A stretch of DNA of 64,000 nucleotides from Blastocladiella emersonii ATCC 22665 (taxonomy: Eukaryota; Fungi; Blastocladiomycota). Below the pieces are notes generated by a model that searched no databases, was not told the origin of the DNA, and saw only the letters and a program-made list of their open reading frames with translations. Position numbers and translations under genes: made by a program. The stretch is taken from the NCBI GenBank assembly GCA_025594325.1, contig JANHCV010000009.1:1240001-1304000 (forward strand), read 5' to 3'. Below, piece by piece: positions 1 to 9,269 of this stretch; the first letter of the stretch is position 1, and each line of letters starts with the position of its first letter.

Positions 1-1205
1 GTGAACAGAACCCCATTCTTGAACGCGATCAGGCTGCGGTTTTGTTTGTACTGGGGGATGTTCTTAGAACCCTGCGCCAATCGCTGTGTTACGTGGCGGC
101 GGTACTTGCTTGCGTCCTGGTTGTAATAGTCGACAATTACGTCATCGAGAATGTAGGACACGTACTCATCCACTGTCATGTGGCGCTCAAAATAAAACGG
201 GTTCTTTGCTGATGGCTTGTAAATGTACTCGCTGTCCTTGACATAGCCCAGGGTCTTGAACTCGTCCACGATAAACTCTGAGATCAACTGCGTTGGTGTC
301 TTCTCCTCCTCCTCTTCCTCGGGCTCTGGAATGGCACAGGGCGCGACAATGGGTTTCTCGGCCCACATGATATCAAAACCCGTCTTTTCGAGCGTGTACG
401 CACCGAGGTCGGCCATAAACTGCTCGTTGATCTGATCTGAGGCACGGACCATCATGCCGTCGTACATGAGAACCGCGACCTTGATGTCACGCGAGGCGCA
501 AAAGTCCTTGGCGTGAAGAAGGAGCTTGCACTCGACACACTGATAGACGAACGAGAGGAATGAGCCCTGGCGATTGGGATGCTTTGGCGACGACATGGCC
601 CACACATCCGGGTGCATCTCTTGAAACTTGGGAACCACGACGTTGTACAAAAACGCGTGGAACGCCTTGTACTCGGCGGGAAACTCCAACGGACACTTTT
701 TGCTGAACGAGCCAGCGAAGAAATCGGTTTTGTTCATGCCCAGTCGATCAAGTACGCTGTTTCGGTTCTCAATGTACTCGTTGAGAAGAGGGTACTCGAG
801 TCCATGGTGACGAGCCAGTTGGTGGATGATGGTTGGCGCACAGTTGTGCATGTCGATATCTTGGAGCACGCCCTCGAACAGGAACGCACGCGTTTCGCCG
901 CAAATCTTTTGTAGCCCAGGAGTAGTAGGCGTGGTAGTAAGTCGGCCAGAGTTTGTCGTGTCTGAGAACTTGTAGATGGTCTCGACTTCACCGCGCTTAT
1001 TCATCTTGCGACGGATTGAGTTGACGATTTTCGTTTCCTTGGCCTGTTGCTTTGGGTCGGCACACGAACACTGGATCGCCTTGCTGTGTAGAGCTTCCAC
1101 GGCCTTGGGGTTCACTGGCGCCATGAGGCGGACGGCATAGAGCGGGTCAAGAATCTTTGAAAGGTCCTTGACAGTCTCGGTAATCTTTGAGGCGGCGGAA
1201 GACAT
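1..1205 (-). CDS. TVpol (PolA-derived primase-polymerase) fused to probable D5-like/SF3 helicase; 3' part runs off the window
   Basis: Hand translation from ATG at 1205, open to the window edge: MSSAASKITE...NSGRLTT...LQDIDMHNCAPTII...VLMYDGMMV... then an acidic linker (PEPEEEEEEK) and ...RSLIAFKNGVLF. The GRL, DIDxxN and YDG motifs fit TVpol. IAFKNGV fits the D5 N-terminal region that precedes SF3 helicases. Confidence 0.8.
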   Translation of the reverse strand, partial: MSSAASKITETVKDLSKILDPLYAVRLMAPVNPKAVEALHSKAIQCSCADPKQQAKETKIVNSIRRKMNKRGEVETIYKFSDTTNSGRLTTTPTTPGLQKICGETRAFLFEGVLQDIDMHNCAPTIIHQLARHHGLEYPLLNEYIENRNSVLDRLGMNKTDFFAGSFSKKCPLEFPAEYKAFHAFLYNVVVPKFQEMHPDVWAMSSPKHPNRQGSFLSFVYQCVECKLLLHAKDFCASRDIKVAVLMYDGMMVRASDQINEQFMADLGAYTLEKTGFDIMWAEKPIVAPCAIPEPEEEEEEKTPTQLISEFIVDEFKTLGYVKDSEYIYKPSAKNPFYFERHMTVDEYVSYILDDVIVDYYNQDASKYRRHVTQRLAQGSKNIPQYKQNRSLIAFKNGVLF

Positions 1206-1324
1206 TTTGGGGATGTTCTTACTGTCCCACAAGAGGAAAAACCGGCTGCTTTTATGCGTCTGGCGCGTTTATCGATAACTCTTCAGAAATAGCTATCGAT
1301 ATGTCATTTGGATCGCGGGAACGT

Positions 1325-1786
1325 CTATTCCGCGTCGTCTTCCGCCGTCTCTGGCTTCTGTTTCTTTTCGAGTTTGCGCACAGATGCCTTTGCAATTGCC
1401 TTGAGCATCACATCGAGCTTTACTTTTTCCCATTCCGCGCGGATAATTTCCGCCTCGCACTCTGGAATGGAAAACTTGGCAAGAGTTCCTGCAATGTCCA
1501 CGTCCAGCTTTCGAACCTTTAACTTGCCCACGAGCTCGAGGAGTGTGTTTTCGCCCCAGGAAGTGAGCGGGCACTTGGAAAGCTTGCGATTCAAAGCGAG
1601 TTCGACGATCGCCACGCGGGCAGCGAGTGCGCGGACCTTCTCAAACGCGGCACCCGCCATCCCTGGGGATATCGTTGCGATGGCTTCGCTGTCAAGCTGC
1701 AGAACGAGTTCTGGATCGAATACAGTGTTGGGGATGTCAGTGACATGGCTCAGGAAGAATCCCATCAAGTGCGAGTCCATTAGCAA
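1325..1786 (-). CDS. Hypothetical viral protein (153 aa)
   Basis: Fills the gap between TVpol and the recombinase; helical composition; divergent from the recombinase gene. Confidence 0.55.
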   Translation of the reverse strand: MLMDSHLMGFFLSHVTDIPNTVFDPELVLQLDSEAIATISPGMAGAAFEKVRALAARVAIVELALNRKLSKCPLTSWGENTLLELVGKLKVRKLDVDIAGTLAKFSIPECEAEIIRAEWEKVKLDVMLKAIAKASVRKLEKKQKPETAEDDAE

Positions 1787-1875
1787 CAGGCGCGAAAACT
1801 TTTAGCGATAACGCCAAACGTATAAAACGCGGACATCCCCGCGTACCTTTTTTGCCTGCTCTGTAGTAAAGCACA

Positions 1876-3213
1876 ATGGCGTCGTTCGAGCTTCTGGTCA
1901 AGGACATCCTCGCGCAAGCCACCAAGGAGTTTATGAACGCCCTCGAGCCCCGCCTCCAAGCCATCGAGGACAAGCAAGCGACGATTCTCAGCCACATGGC
2001 CGAGACCCAGTCCAAGATTGAGCCTCGCCTGGCTGAGGTGGAGCGCGAGTTTGCTCACTTGGCCCACACCCTTGAAGGCGACAATCACCTGTACCACGAG
2101 TGTATCCATGGTGTTAAAACCCGTCTCGACAACCTCGAGAAGGCCGTGCCCGTGCAGGCTACGAAGCGCTCGCATGACGTCATGGAACGTGATTCGGATC
2201 AGCCCGCTGATCACCCAGCCACGCAGGACGTGGAGATGGCCGACGCGTCCGAGTCCTCGACCACCAACGAGGATCAGCAGCCCGCCGCTAAGAAGCTCAA
2301 GTTCGAGACGATCACAGCCAAGTCGATTGAGGAGTTCAAGAACGCGGACATCATCAAGGCCAACAAGGAAGTCGGGAAGCGCAGCGATACTGATAAAGCG
2401 ACGGCGAACCGCATTCTCACCAAGTTCATGGCTTCGGGCGTCTCGATGCACAACGTGGATGCTGTGAAGGCCGCCATGGTCAAGTGGGACGACAAAAAGG
2501 GAAAGAACAACCCGCCAGATGCGCTCCAGTCGGACACGGCCAAGTGGCTCAGCGTGTACTGCAACTGGAACGGCGACAATGAGCTTGCTGATCAGTACTC
2601 GAAGCCCGCCCAGGAACTTCGTAAGCAGAAGCGCGAGGCCCGCAACAAGGAGGAAGCCGGCACGCTGCCCACTCAGGCTGAGGTTCTGAAGGCGATCGAC
2701 GAGAAGTTTGACTGGACGCTGGACAAGGAAGTCAGCCTCGCCAGCAAGGTCCACCAGCTGCAGCTTTACCTCCAGACTCTGACTACGGTTCGCAGTGACC
2801 TCGCATTCCTCACTGTGGATAAGACGGACCACTTCCCGCACTACGACCCTGAGACGAAGCTCATTTACGGTCCCATTGTGATCAAGACGGCCGGCCGCGG
2901 ATACGACTTCAAGCACCGCGTTGCCGACGACCAGGCTAACATGCTCGCCAAGTTTATCAAGTACCGCCGCGACCAGGGCTTTGATTTCGTGTTTGCCGAC
3001 AGCATTGATGACGCCGAGGCGCTGTGCAAGAAGTGGTGCCAAGACGTTGGCCGCAGTGGCAAGCTCGTTGGACTTGACGTTGGAGTCCAGAAGCTGCGCC
3101 GGATCAGCGCGTCTGAGAACACGAAGGCGTACAACGAGATCAAGGCTCGCGCCCATGCCATGGGTCATTCCGTGGGCGTTCACGTCGACACGTACATGGT
3201 CGGCGAGAACTGA
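1876..3213 (+). CDS. Tyrosine recombinase (PLV-type) with N-terminal coiled-coil/low-complexity extension
   Basis: The C-terminal half has the R..K..(H)xxR..H..Y layout: TVRSD, VIKT, KLRRIS, AMGHS, VDTY near the C-terminus. Confidence 0.72.
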   Translation: MASFELLVKDILAQATKEFMNALEPRLQAIEDKQATILSHMAETQSKIEPRLAEVEREFAHLAHTLEGDNHLYHECIHGVKTRLDNLEKAVPVQATKRSHDVMERDSDQPADHPATQDVEMADASESSTTNEDQQPAAKKLKFETITAKSIEEFKNADIIKANKEVGKRSDTDKATANRILTKFMASGVSMHNVDAVKAAMVKWDDKKGKNNPPDALQSDTAKWLSVYCNWNGDNELADQYSKPAQELRKQKREARNKEEAGTLPTQAEVLKAIDEKFDWTLDKEVSLASKVHQLQLYLQTLTTVRSDLAFLTVDKTDHFPHYDPETKLIYGPIVIKTAGRGYDFKHRVADDQANMLAKFIKYRRDQGFDFVFADSIDDAEALCKKWCQDVGRSGKLVGLDVGVQKLRRISASENTKAYNEIKARAHAMGHSVGVHVDTYMVGEN

Positions 3214-3237
3214 TGGATATTTCTCCTTGTTAATATA

Positions 3238-4347
3238 ATGTATCCGCACGAAGAACCACTTACGGATGCTCAATCAGAGTATTTGAGCAACCTGTACTAT
3301 AAAAAGGGCCACGTTGGCGTCGGCATCAGGCGATTATTTGATATCATCACCGCGGAAAATACAGGGCAGCACATCTACCGAGCCCAACTCGAAAAATGGC
3401 TTGGAGAGCAATCAGTGTGGCAGCAATATAAACAGCCCAAGTACAAGCACCGCGACATTCGTGTGATCTCGTCCGTTAGTCCCGGCCGCAACTTCCAGAT
3501 GGACTCGATTATCATGGGCGAAGCAAAGCACTTTAACGGTTACACTGCAATTCTCGTCGCTGTCGACCTTGCCACGCGTAAAGTCTATCTCCGACCCGTA
3601 AAGAAACGCGAGGCGGCCAACGTGCGGGCAATCTGGGACAAGGTCGTAGAGGAACACAATTTGAATCCCGCTACGATCCAGACGGATAACGGGACAGAGT
3701 TTGCAACCATTGTGGCCGGGACCACTGTGAAGCACATTAAAGGCAAACCCGGAGTGCCCCAAGGCCAGGGAGTTGCAGAACGAATGAATCGTACAATCAA
3801 GTCAATGCTCATCCCGTGGATGTCGATTCAAGGCAACAACGACTGGCCGAAACACCTCAAGGTAATCGAGGACGTGATCAACAAGTCCAAGAGTCGTGGG
3901 ACGGGTAAAGCGCCGAACGCCTACGACAACATCCCCAGGGATGTCGCCAAGACAGAGCTCAAAGCCATCCGTGCCGCTCGGGGCAAACCAGAGGGTGATC
4001 CACTGAGCGCGTTGCTGAAAGTCGGCCAGCTCGTTCGCGTGCGCATTCCGTACAAGGCCCAGTTAGAGTCCAAGGGAAAGCCGCTATGGTCGAGTACATT
4101 GCATCAAGTCACCAAAGTCCGCAAGGGTTCGGGGGTGAGTAATCCGAGCTATAAAGTCGCCGGTCGCGTCGGGTTTTACTCTCGAACTGATCTCCAGCCC
4201 GTTTCAGTATCACGTGAGCCGCCGGGACGCGTTGCGCCACAGCGACCAGCACCACAGACGCGCACTAAGCAGCCAATCGAGCCACGCAAGCCGCCGGAAC
4301 GTGATCGACGCGAACCTGGTCGATTCAGGGATACGGTGCGCCACTGA
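3238..4347 (+). CDS. Retroviral-like (rve) DDE integrase of Polinton/Maverick type
   Basis: LYY..G N-terminus, FQMD, LVAVDLATRK, IQTDNGTEF, GVAERMNRTIKSM, W...L..I...IN, and an SH3-like LKVGQLVRVR segment. The D,D,E triad is intact. Confidence 0.92.
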   Translation: MYPHEEPLTDAQSEYLSNLYYKKGHVGVGIRRLFDIITAENTGQHIYRAQLEKWLGEQSVWQQYKQPKYKHRDIRVISSVSPGRNFQMDSIIMGEAKHFNGYTAILVAVDLATRKVYLRPVKKREAANVRAIWDKVVEEHNLNPATIQTDNGTEFATIVAGTTVKHIKGKPGVPQGQGVAERMNRTIKSMLIPWMSIQGNNDWPKHLKVIEDVINKSKSRGTGKAPNAYDNIPRDVAKTELKAIRAARGKPEGDPLSALLKVGQLVRVRIPYKAQLESKGKPLWSSTLHQVTKVRKGSGVSNPSYKVAGRVGFYSRTDLQPVSVSREPPGRVAPQRPAPQTRTKQPIEPRKPPERDRREPGRFRDTVRH

Positions 4348-4348
4348 A

Positions 4349-6994
4349 TCAGCGCATAAAGAAGAGGTCAAGAGTGACGTGAACGGATTGGGTCATGGAA
4401 ACGGTGGAAGACCACGTAAACCCGTACTGCTTTCCGGCTTCAAGGTACACTGTAGCACTGCCTCCCATGTACTGATCTGACGCGAACTTACAGAGAGCTC
4501 GTGCCAGCAGTCCAATGTAGTCCTTACCCGCTACGGTCAAGTCGGTGGCATTATACAGCGAGTAAGTCGCGATGTGCTCCGTGACCGTACTTCCCTGCGT
4601 GTACCAGCCCTGACTGCGTAGTGCGTACCATCCCGTTGCGCTGACAGTGAAACAGCCGTTGGTTGCTCCAAGACCCAGGAATCCGGGACTTGTCGAGTTC
4701 ACGATCGCCGCGCCTTGACTGTTTGCGCCCGTGATGACCTGGGATTGTCCGGATAAAAACGACAAACTCGCCGAGTTGATGAGAACCTGTCCCCACCGAT
4801 TTGTAGCCATGAGATTATCGACGTACGCTTTATTCGCGGCATCTGTGCCCGCCACTGGAGCAAGGTCGAGTGTGAGTTGGCCAGTGAACCGACCAGTGCC
4901 GTTGACTCGAAGTTTTCCTGTTCCAAGGGTCGCTGATCCGATGACCACGTTCCCACCGCCAGCTGCCAGGGATACGCCGCCCGTCGTTGCGGATGCGAGT
5001 TCGAGATTCCCTGCGGCAGTACATGCGAGATTGTTCTTGATGACGCCAGCTTGTTTAAAGTCGACGTACGTCAGCGTGTTTACCGCACTGTCAAAGACCA
5101 TATTCGCGCTCGTAAAGTTTCGGACCAGAATGTTGGGCACGGACAGTTGTTTATTCACTCCAAGTCCGCCGTTAATCGTGATCGCACCAGATGAAGTCGA
5201 TGTGCTATCCGTCGTATTCGTAAACGCAAACGTCGCGCCAAGTCCAAGTGCGGATTGAGGCACTGTGCCTGTTAGTGCGGATGCGCTCACGGATGTCACT
5301 TTTGAGGAAATATCGGGAAGACGGGCAATGTCGATGGTTCCTGCGAGTTTCGTAGCGTCAATTCCTGTGGCCAGTTTGAGATTCCCGATAGAACCGTCCG
5401 CGATACGTGCCACGTCCAGAGTTCCAGTGAGCTTTGTAGCGGAAACGTCCGCGACTTTGATGTCCGAGACAGCACCGCTTGCAAGCTGGCTATTTCCAAT
5501 GGATCCGGCCGAGACTTTGGCGCCATCAATACCCATTGCAAGTTTGAGATTGCCAATCGAACCGTCCGCAATTCGTGCAACATCGAGTGTGCCAGTGAGC
5601 TTGGAAGCCGAAACGTCCGCGACCTTGATGTCCGAGACAGCACCGCTTGCGAGTTGGGCATTGCCAATAGATCCGGCCGTGACTTTGGCGCCATCAATTC
5701 CCGTTGCGAGTTTGAGATTGCCAATCGAACCGTCAGCAATGCCTGCAACATCGAGTGTACCTGTCAGCTTTGCGGCAGAAACGTCCGCGACCTTGATGTC
5801 CGAGACAGCACCGCTTGCGAGTTGGACATTGCCAATAGATCCGGCCGTGACTTTGGCGCCGTCGATTCCCGTTGCAAGTTTGGCGTTCGAAACAGCCAAG
5901 TCAGCGAGTGCTGATGTACCTACTGAACCCGCAACGAGCTTTCCACCAGAAACACTCACAAGTTTGGCATCCGAAACAGATGCATCAACAAGTGCAAGGC
6001 CGGACAGAGAACCAACTTTGTTTGAAACATCAGGGAGTCGAGCCAAGTCAATGGTTCCAGTCGTAATCTTTGCAGCATCTACGGCACCGATTTGGGCATT
6101 TGTGATCTGCCCGTTCAACTTGGTCGTTTCAAGGGAGGCAATCATCCCTGAGAATACCGTGGGGATGTTCGCAGCAGCAAGTACGCCCGAAACCTTGGAT
6201 GCGGACACTCCGGCGATTTGGGAGTCGGTGATGAGTCCAGTGATGGTCGATGCAGCTGTCGATGTCGTTGCGGGAAGACACGACACCGGAACCAATCCAG
6301 TGAGTTTGCCAGCGTCAATAGTCAAAGGGAGATTAGCCGCGGCAAGTGTACCGCCGATTCGGCCCGCGTCGATCGTGTTTGGGAGCTGACTCTGTGCAAA
6401 TTGGCCCACGACCTTGGTCGCTGAAACGCTGGCAATGTTTGCGTCGGCAACGGGTTCAGCCAGCATGGCGTTTGTGATCCGCGGAGCCGTAACTTTTGTC
6501 CATGGCACACTTGTGAGTTTCTCAGGCGTGACAGATGCATCGACCAGCTTTGCCGTGGTCACCGAACCATCTTGAATCGCCGCAGACGTCACTGATCCAG
6601 CTGCAAGACCGGACTTGACATAGATTCCCTGTGCCCCAACTCCAAGCGTCGCGTCGTCCACCTTTACCGATACGACGTTTCCAATGACATTCACACCAGG
6701 ACCTGCGCCAATCACGTTTGAAAGTTTTGATTCAAGGTGGGCCTTGGTCACGGCATGCGTTGGAAGTGTGGGTGGCTCAGATAGCGTGACTTGGGAGAAT
6801 CCAGGTAGGTCACTCACTGCAACGGTCTTGCCAGTAACAACGATGTTGGTCCCCGCAGCCACTCCAGAGTTGGCGTTACAGTACGCCTTTGTTGCAAGGT
6901 TTGAGACGCTGTCAATGGCCACCGGATTGGCGACCACAGTTGGAGTACCGGTACCAGGTGCATACCCAAAGATGTTTCGCGTGTTTAGGTCCAT
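4349..6994 (-). CDS. Fibre/spike-like virion protein (881 aa) with repetitive beta-shaft and C-terminal head
   Basis: Phage-fibre-like motifs NLATKAYC, HAVTKAHLE and DAANKAYVD; VTTAKLVD/ITNAML/IGNLKLA-type repeats; a C1q/TNF-like FTVSATGWYAL segment near the C-terminus. Convergent with the integrase gene. Confidence 0.7.
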   Translation of the reverse strand: MDLNTRNIFGYAPGTGTPTVVANPVAIDSVSNLATKAYCNANSGVAAGTNIVVTGKTVAVSDLPGFSQVTLSEPPTLPTHAVTKAHLESKLSNVIGAGPGVNVIGNVVSVKVDDATLGVGAQGIYVKSGLAAGSVTSAAIQDGSVTTAKLVDASVTPEKLTSVPWTKVTAPRITNAMLAEPVADANIASVSATKVVGQFAQSQLPNTIDAGRIGGTLAAANLPLTIDAGKLTGLVPVSCLPATTSTAASTITGLITDSQIAGVSASKVSGVLAAANIPTVFSGMIASLETTKLNGQITNAQIGAVDAAKITTGTIDLARLPDVSNKVGSLSGLALVDASVSDAKLVSVSGGKLVAGSVGTSALADLAVSNAKLATGIDGAKVTAGSIGNVQLASGAVSDIKVADVSAAKLTGTLDVAGIADGSIGNLKLATGIDGAKVTAGSIGNAQLASGAVSDIKVADVSASKLTGTLDVARIADGSIGNLKLAMGIDGAKVSAGSIGNSQLASGAVSDIKVADVSATKLTGTLDVARIADGSIGNLKLATGIDATKLAGTIDIARLPDISSKVTSVSASALTGTVPQSALGLGATFAFTNTTDSTSTSSGAITINGGLGVNKQLSVPNILVRNFTSANMVFDSAVNTLTYVDFKQAGVIKNNLACTAAGNLELASATTGGVSLAAGGGNVVIGSATLGTGKLRVNGTGRFTGQLTLDLAPVAGTDAANKAYVDNLMATNRWGQVLINSASLSFLSGQSQVITGANSQGAAIVNSTSPGFLGLGATNGCFTVSATGWYALRSQGWYTQGSTVTEHIATYSLYNATDLTVAGKDYIGLLARALCKFASDQYMGGSATVYLEAGKQYGFTWSSTVSMTQSVHVTLDLFFMR
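5340..5890 (-). repeat. 168-bp (56-aa) coding tandem repeat, ~3.3 copies, inside the fibre gene
   Basis: TGTCCGAGACAGCACCGCTTGC recurs at 5461, 5629 and 5797. The unit is GIDGAKVTAGSIGNxQLASGAVSDIKVADVSAxKLTGTLDVAxIADGSIGNLKLAT. Confidence 0.95.
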
Positions 6995-7109
6995 TTACAC
7001 TTTGGGGAGATAAAAATGCACGACATGACCGTACGCTGACACGGGCATCCCTGGGGATGTCGCCGATCACTGCCCACGCCGCTGAATTTAAAATCGTGCG
7101 TTCAAGTAA

Positions 7110-7889
7110 ATGGCATCCACAACTGCAAACGGCTCACTCCGCGTCCGAACGCTCTCGTCCCAGGTCATGGACCAGCGCCACCAAGACCTCACGATCCAAC
7201 TTGCCAATGGAAGTGTCGATATTGAAACTGACGCCGTACTGCGACTGCACTCAAATACCAAGGAAGACGGCGCCGTGTTTAGCATTACAGGACCAGGCGG
7301 TGAAGGAGAAACTACGCGATTTGCAATGTCGCCATGGGGGTACCGACCAGGTGGTCCGCAGTACGCAATGGAGGCCGAAGACATGGGTAACGGCACCGTA
7401 GAGGTTTGCCAGTACGTTGCTCCGCCTGGCCGTAGCGACGATCCGCCTGAAGTTGTCACGAATCTGTCGTATCACGGCCTCAGTATCCTGCACAATGGCC
7501 CACCGCCAGACGAAAACGCGTTCTACGTCAAGGGCGACGCTCGCATGGACGGAACCGTGGAGGCCGATTACTTTGGTTCCCATAGCCTGCCCATCAAACG
7601 CGTTTTGCTCGATTACGACATGACGCTGTCCGAGTCGCAGCACACTTTCGACATCACCAATATCCTCCCAACTCCGGATCTGAACCACATTGTGGGATGC
7701 CAAGTGTACTTTCGCGATATCTACCGCCACCGCCTTCATCTCGATACTGCAGCCCATTCTGTCGAGTTTGATAAAAACGAGCAGAACCGGATCACCATGA
7801 CCTTTGTCAAGGACATGGCTGGCTACCAGTTCTTTGTCCGAGTGCTCTTGGACGTCTGTAAAGTGCCCGTCGGCCGCACAAGTACTTGA
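7110..7889 (+). CDS. Hypothetical beta-rich virion protein (259 aa)
   Basis: TAAATG start; first gene of the rightward structural cluster; YVKGDARMDGTVEA resembles fibre-type beta repeats. Confidence 0.6.
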   Translation: MASTTANGSLRVRTLSSQVMDQRHQDLTIQLANGSVDIETDAVLRLHSNTKEDGAVFSITGPGGEGETTRFAMSPWGYRPGGPQYAMEAEDMGNGTVEVCQYVAPPGRSDDPPEVVTNLSYHGLSILHNGPPPDENAFYVKGDARMDGTVEADYFGSHSLPIKRVLLDYDMTLSESQHTFDITNILPTPDLNHIVGCQVYFRDIYRHRLHLDTAAHSVEFDKNEQNRITMTFVKDMAGYQFFVRVLLDVCKVPVGRTST

Positions 7890-8018
7890 AATCTTTTTGA
7901 CGGGCTTCAGTAAAGATGGATTTGTCCGAGTGCTCTTGGACGTCTGTAAAGTGCCCGTCGGCCGCACAAGTACTTGAAATCTTTTTGACGGGCTTCAGTA
8001 AAGATGGATTTGTCCGAG
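7833..8018 (+). repeat. Exact 88-bp tandem duplication bounded by 10-bp microhomology TTTGTCCGAG
   Basis: 7833-7920 equals 7921-8008; TTTGTCCGAG recurs at 7833, 7921 and 8009. Confidence 0.95.
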
Positions 8019-8255
8019 TTTGTCCTGATCAACGACCCACGGAATACGATTAGCGACGACGTGTCCATTGCCTTTTCGCTTCAGGAACGGCCCGCGGAAC
8101 CGGTAGAAAACCAAATCTCTGGAAAACGACAGGCAAAGCGTCTCCGTAAGATGCAAGACCTGGTTCGCCAACACACAAGTGACCCGCACAAAGAAAACAT
8201 TTCTCGGATCAGACAGCGAATGCTCTTGAAACTGAAAACGAAGACTGCGTCGTAG
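8004..8255 (+). CDS. Small basic hypothetical viral protein (83 aa)
   Basis: Tiles between its neighbours; TAAAGATG start. Confidence 0.5.
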   Translation: MDLSEFVLINDPRNTISDDVSIAFSLQERPAEPVENQISGKRQAKRLRKMQDLVRQHTSDPHKENISRIRQRMLLKLKTKTAS

Positions 8256-8280
8256 AAATCTTTTTCTGAGGATACTGTAA

Positions 8281-8811
8281 ATGCCGCGCACTCAGCCCGT
8301 AGAGGAGCCCATCCTTGAAACATCCGCAACAGATACCTCAGATGCCTCGGTTGAGGAAGTTCTTTCTGAAATCAAGAATGCGAAACTGTGGAAACAGAAA
8401 CGTGGCGGCAGTGCACTCCCTAAAGAAACTGATCCGGACGTGATCAAGCAGCGGCGACTGGATGCACTGGCGAAAGCACGCGAAGTTCGTGCCGCTAATC
8501 TGGCCCAACGCAAGAAAGACCTCGCGCAAGCCCAAAAGACCAAGCTCAAGGAACTCGCAACTCGGATCGCTTCCAAGAAAGCGGCTGTGCAAGTGTCCGA
8601 GTCGGAATCGGAGGAAGAAATTGTCGTGTACAAGCCCAAGCCCAAGAAACAGCGCCAACGCGTCGTGTATGTCTCGGAATCCGAGTCAGAGAGCTCGTAT
8701 GATGACCCGCCGCCCAAACCTGTGCCCAAACCCGCTGCCAAACCAAAACGACTCCAGAATCCCCGTCAGCCCAAATCTGCAGTGCAAGACTTTTCGCATC
8801 TTTTTTCCTGA
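8281..8811 (+). CDS. Lys/Pro/Glu-rich protein (176 aa), possible DNA-condensing core protein
   Basis: TACTGTAAATG start; KPKPKK and PPPKPVPKP low-complexity tracts alternating with SESESE tracts. Confidence 0.6.
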   Translation: MPRTQPVEEPILETSATDTSDASVEEVLSEIKNAKLWKQKRGGSALPKETDPDVIKQRRLDALAKAREVRAANLAQRKKDLAQAQKTKLKELATRIASKKAAVQVSESESEEEIVVYKPKPKKQRQRVVYVSESESESSYDDPPPKPVPKPAAKPKRLQNPRQPKSAVQDFSHLFS

Positions 8812-8826
8812 GCCTATAGTTAAACA

Positions 8827-9132
8827 ATGTGGTTTGCAAACGCTTGGAATAACTTGAAAGGATACGCGGGGATTGCCGCCAAAGCGCTCGTTACTGGTAT
8901 CGACTATGGGAAACGCATTCTCCACGAGAAAGTCTCGCCCGTTATACATAATACCAAGTACTACAGCGGCATGATCTCGAGTCTTCCGATTCCCGTCCTT
9001 CGCGACATTGCAGCTGGCGTGAACCTTGCAAGCGGCCTGGCTGAGGAAGCCATTCTCCGCGTTGATCCGATTCTTGACAGTATTGCCCACGTAGGGCACG
9101 CTATAGACCGAGCGCTTTCAGAAGGCGCCTAA
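8827..9132 (+). CDS. Small protein with N-terminal amphipathic helix (101 aa), possible membrane-penetration protein
   Basis: The N-terminus is MWFANAWNNLKGYAGIAAKAL; the gene lies just upstream of the ATPase. Confidence 0.55.
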   Translation: MWFANAWNNLKGYAGIAAKALVTGIDYGKRILHEKVSPVIHNTKYYSGMISSLPIPVLRDIAAGVNLASGLAEEAILRVDPILDSIAHVGHAIDRALSEGA

Positions 9133-9269
9133 ATATTTTCTCATCACACATTAAATCAGTCATGTTCTCAACTGCTTTAATGTATTTTGGCGGATACCTT
9201 CTCGCCGTAGAGTGTGTCCAGTGTGCTCTGTGGCTCAAACGCAAATACTTTTGATGCCATACCGTAGAG

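Noticed and set aside
1780-3273. 497-aa minus-strand ORF
   Set aside because: Antisense shadow of the tyrosine recombinase caused by codon bias; no motifs.
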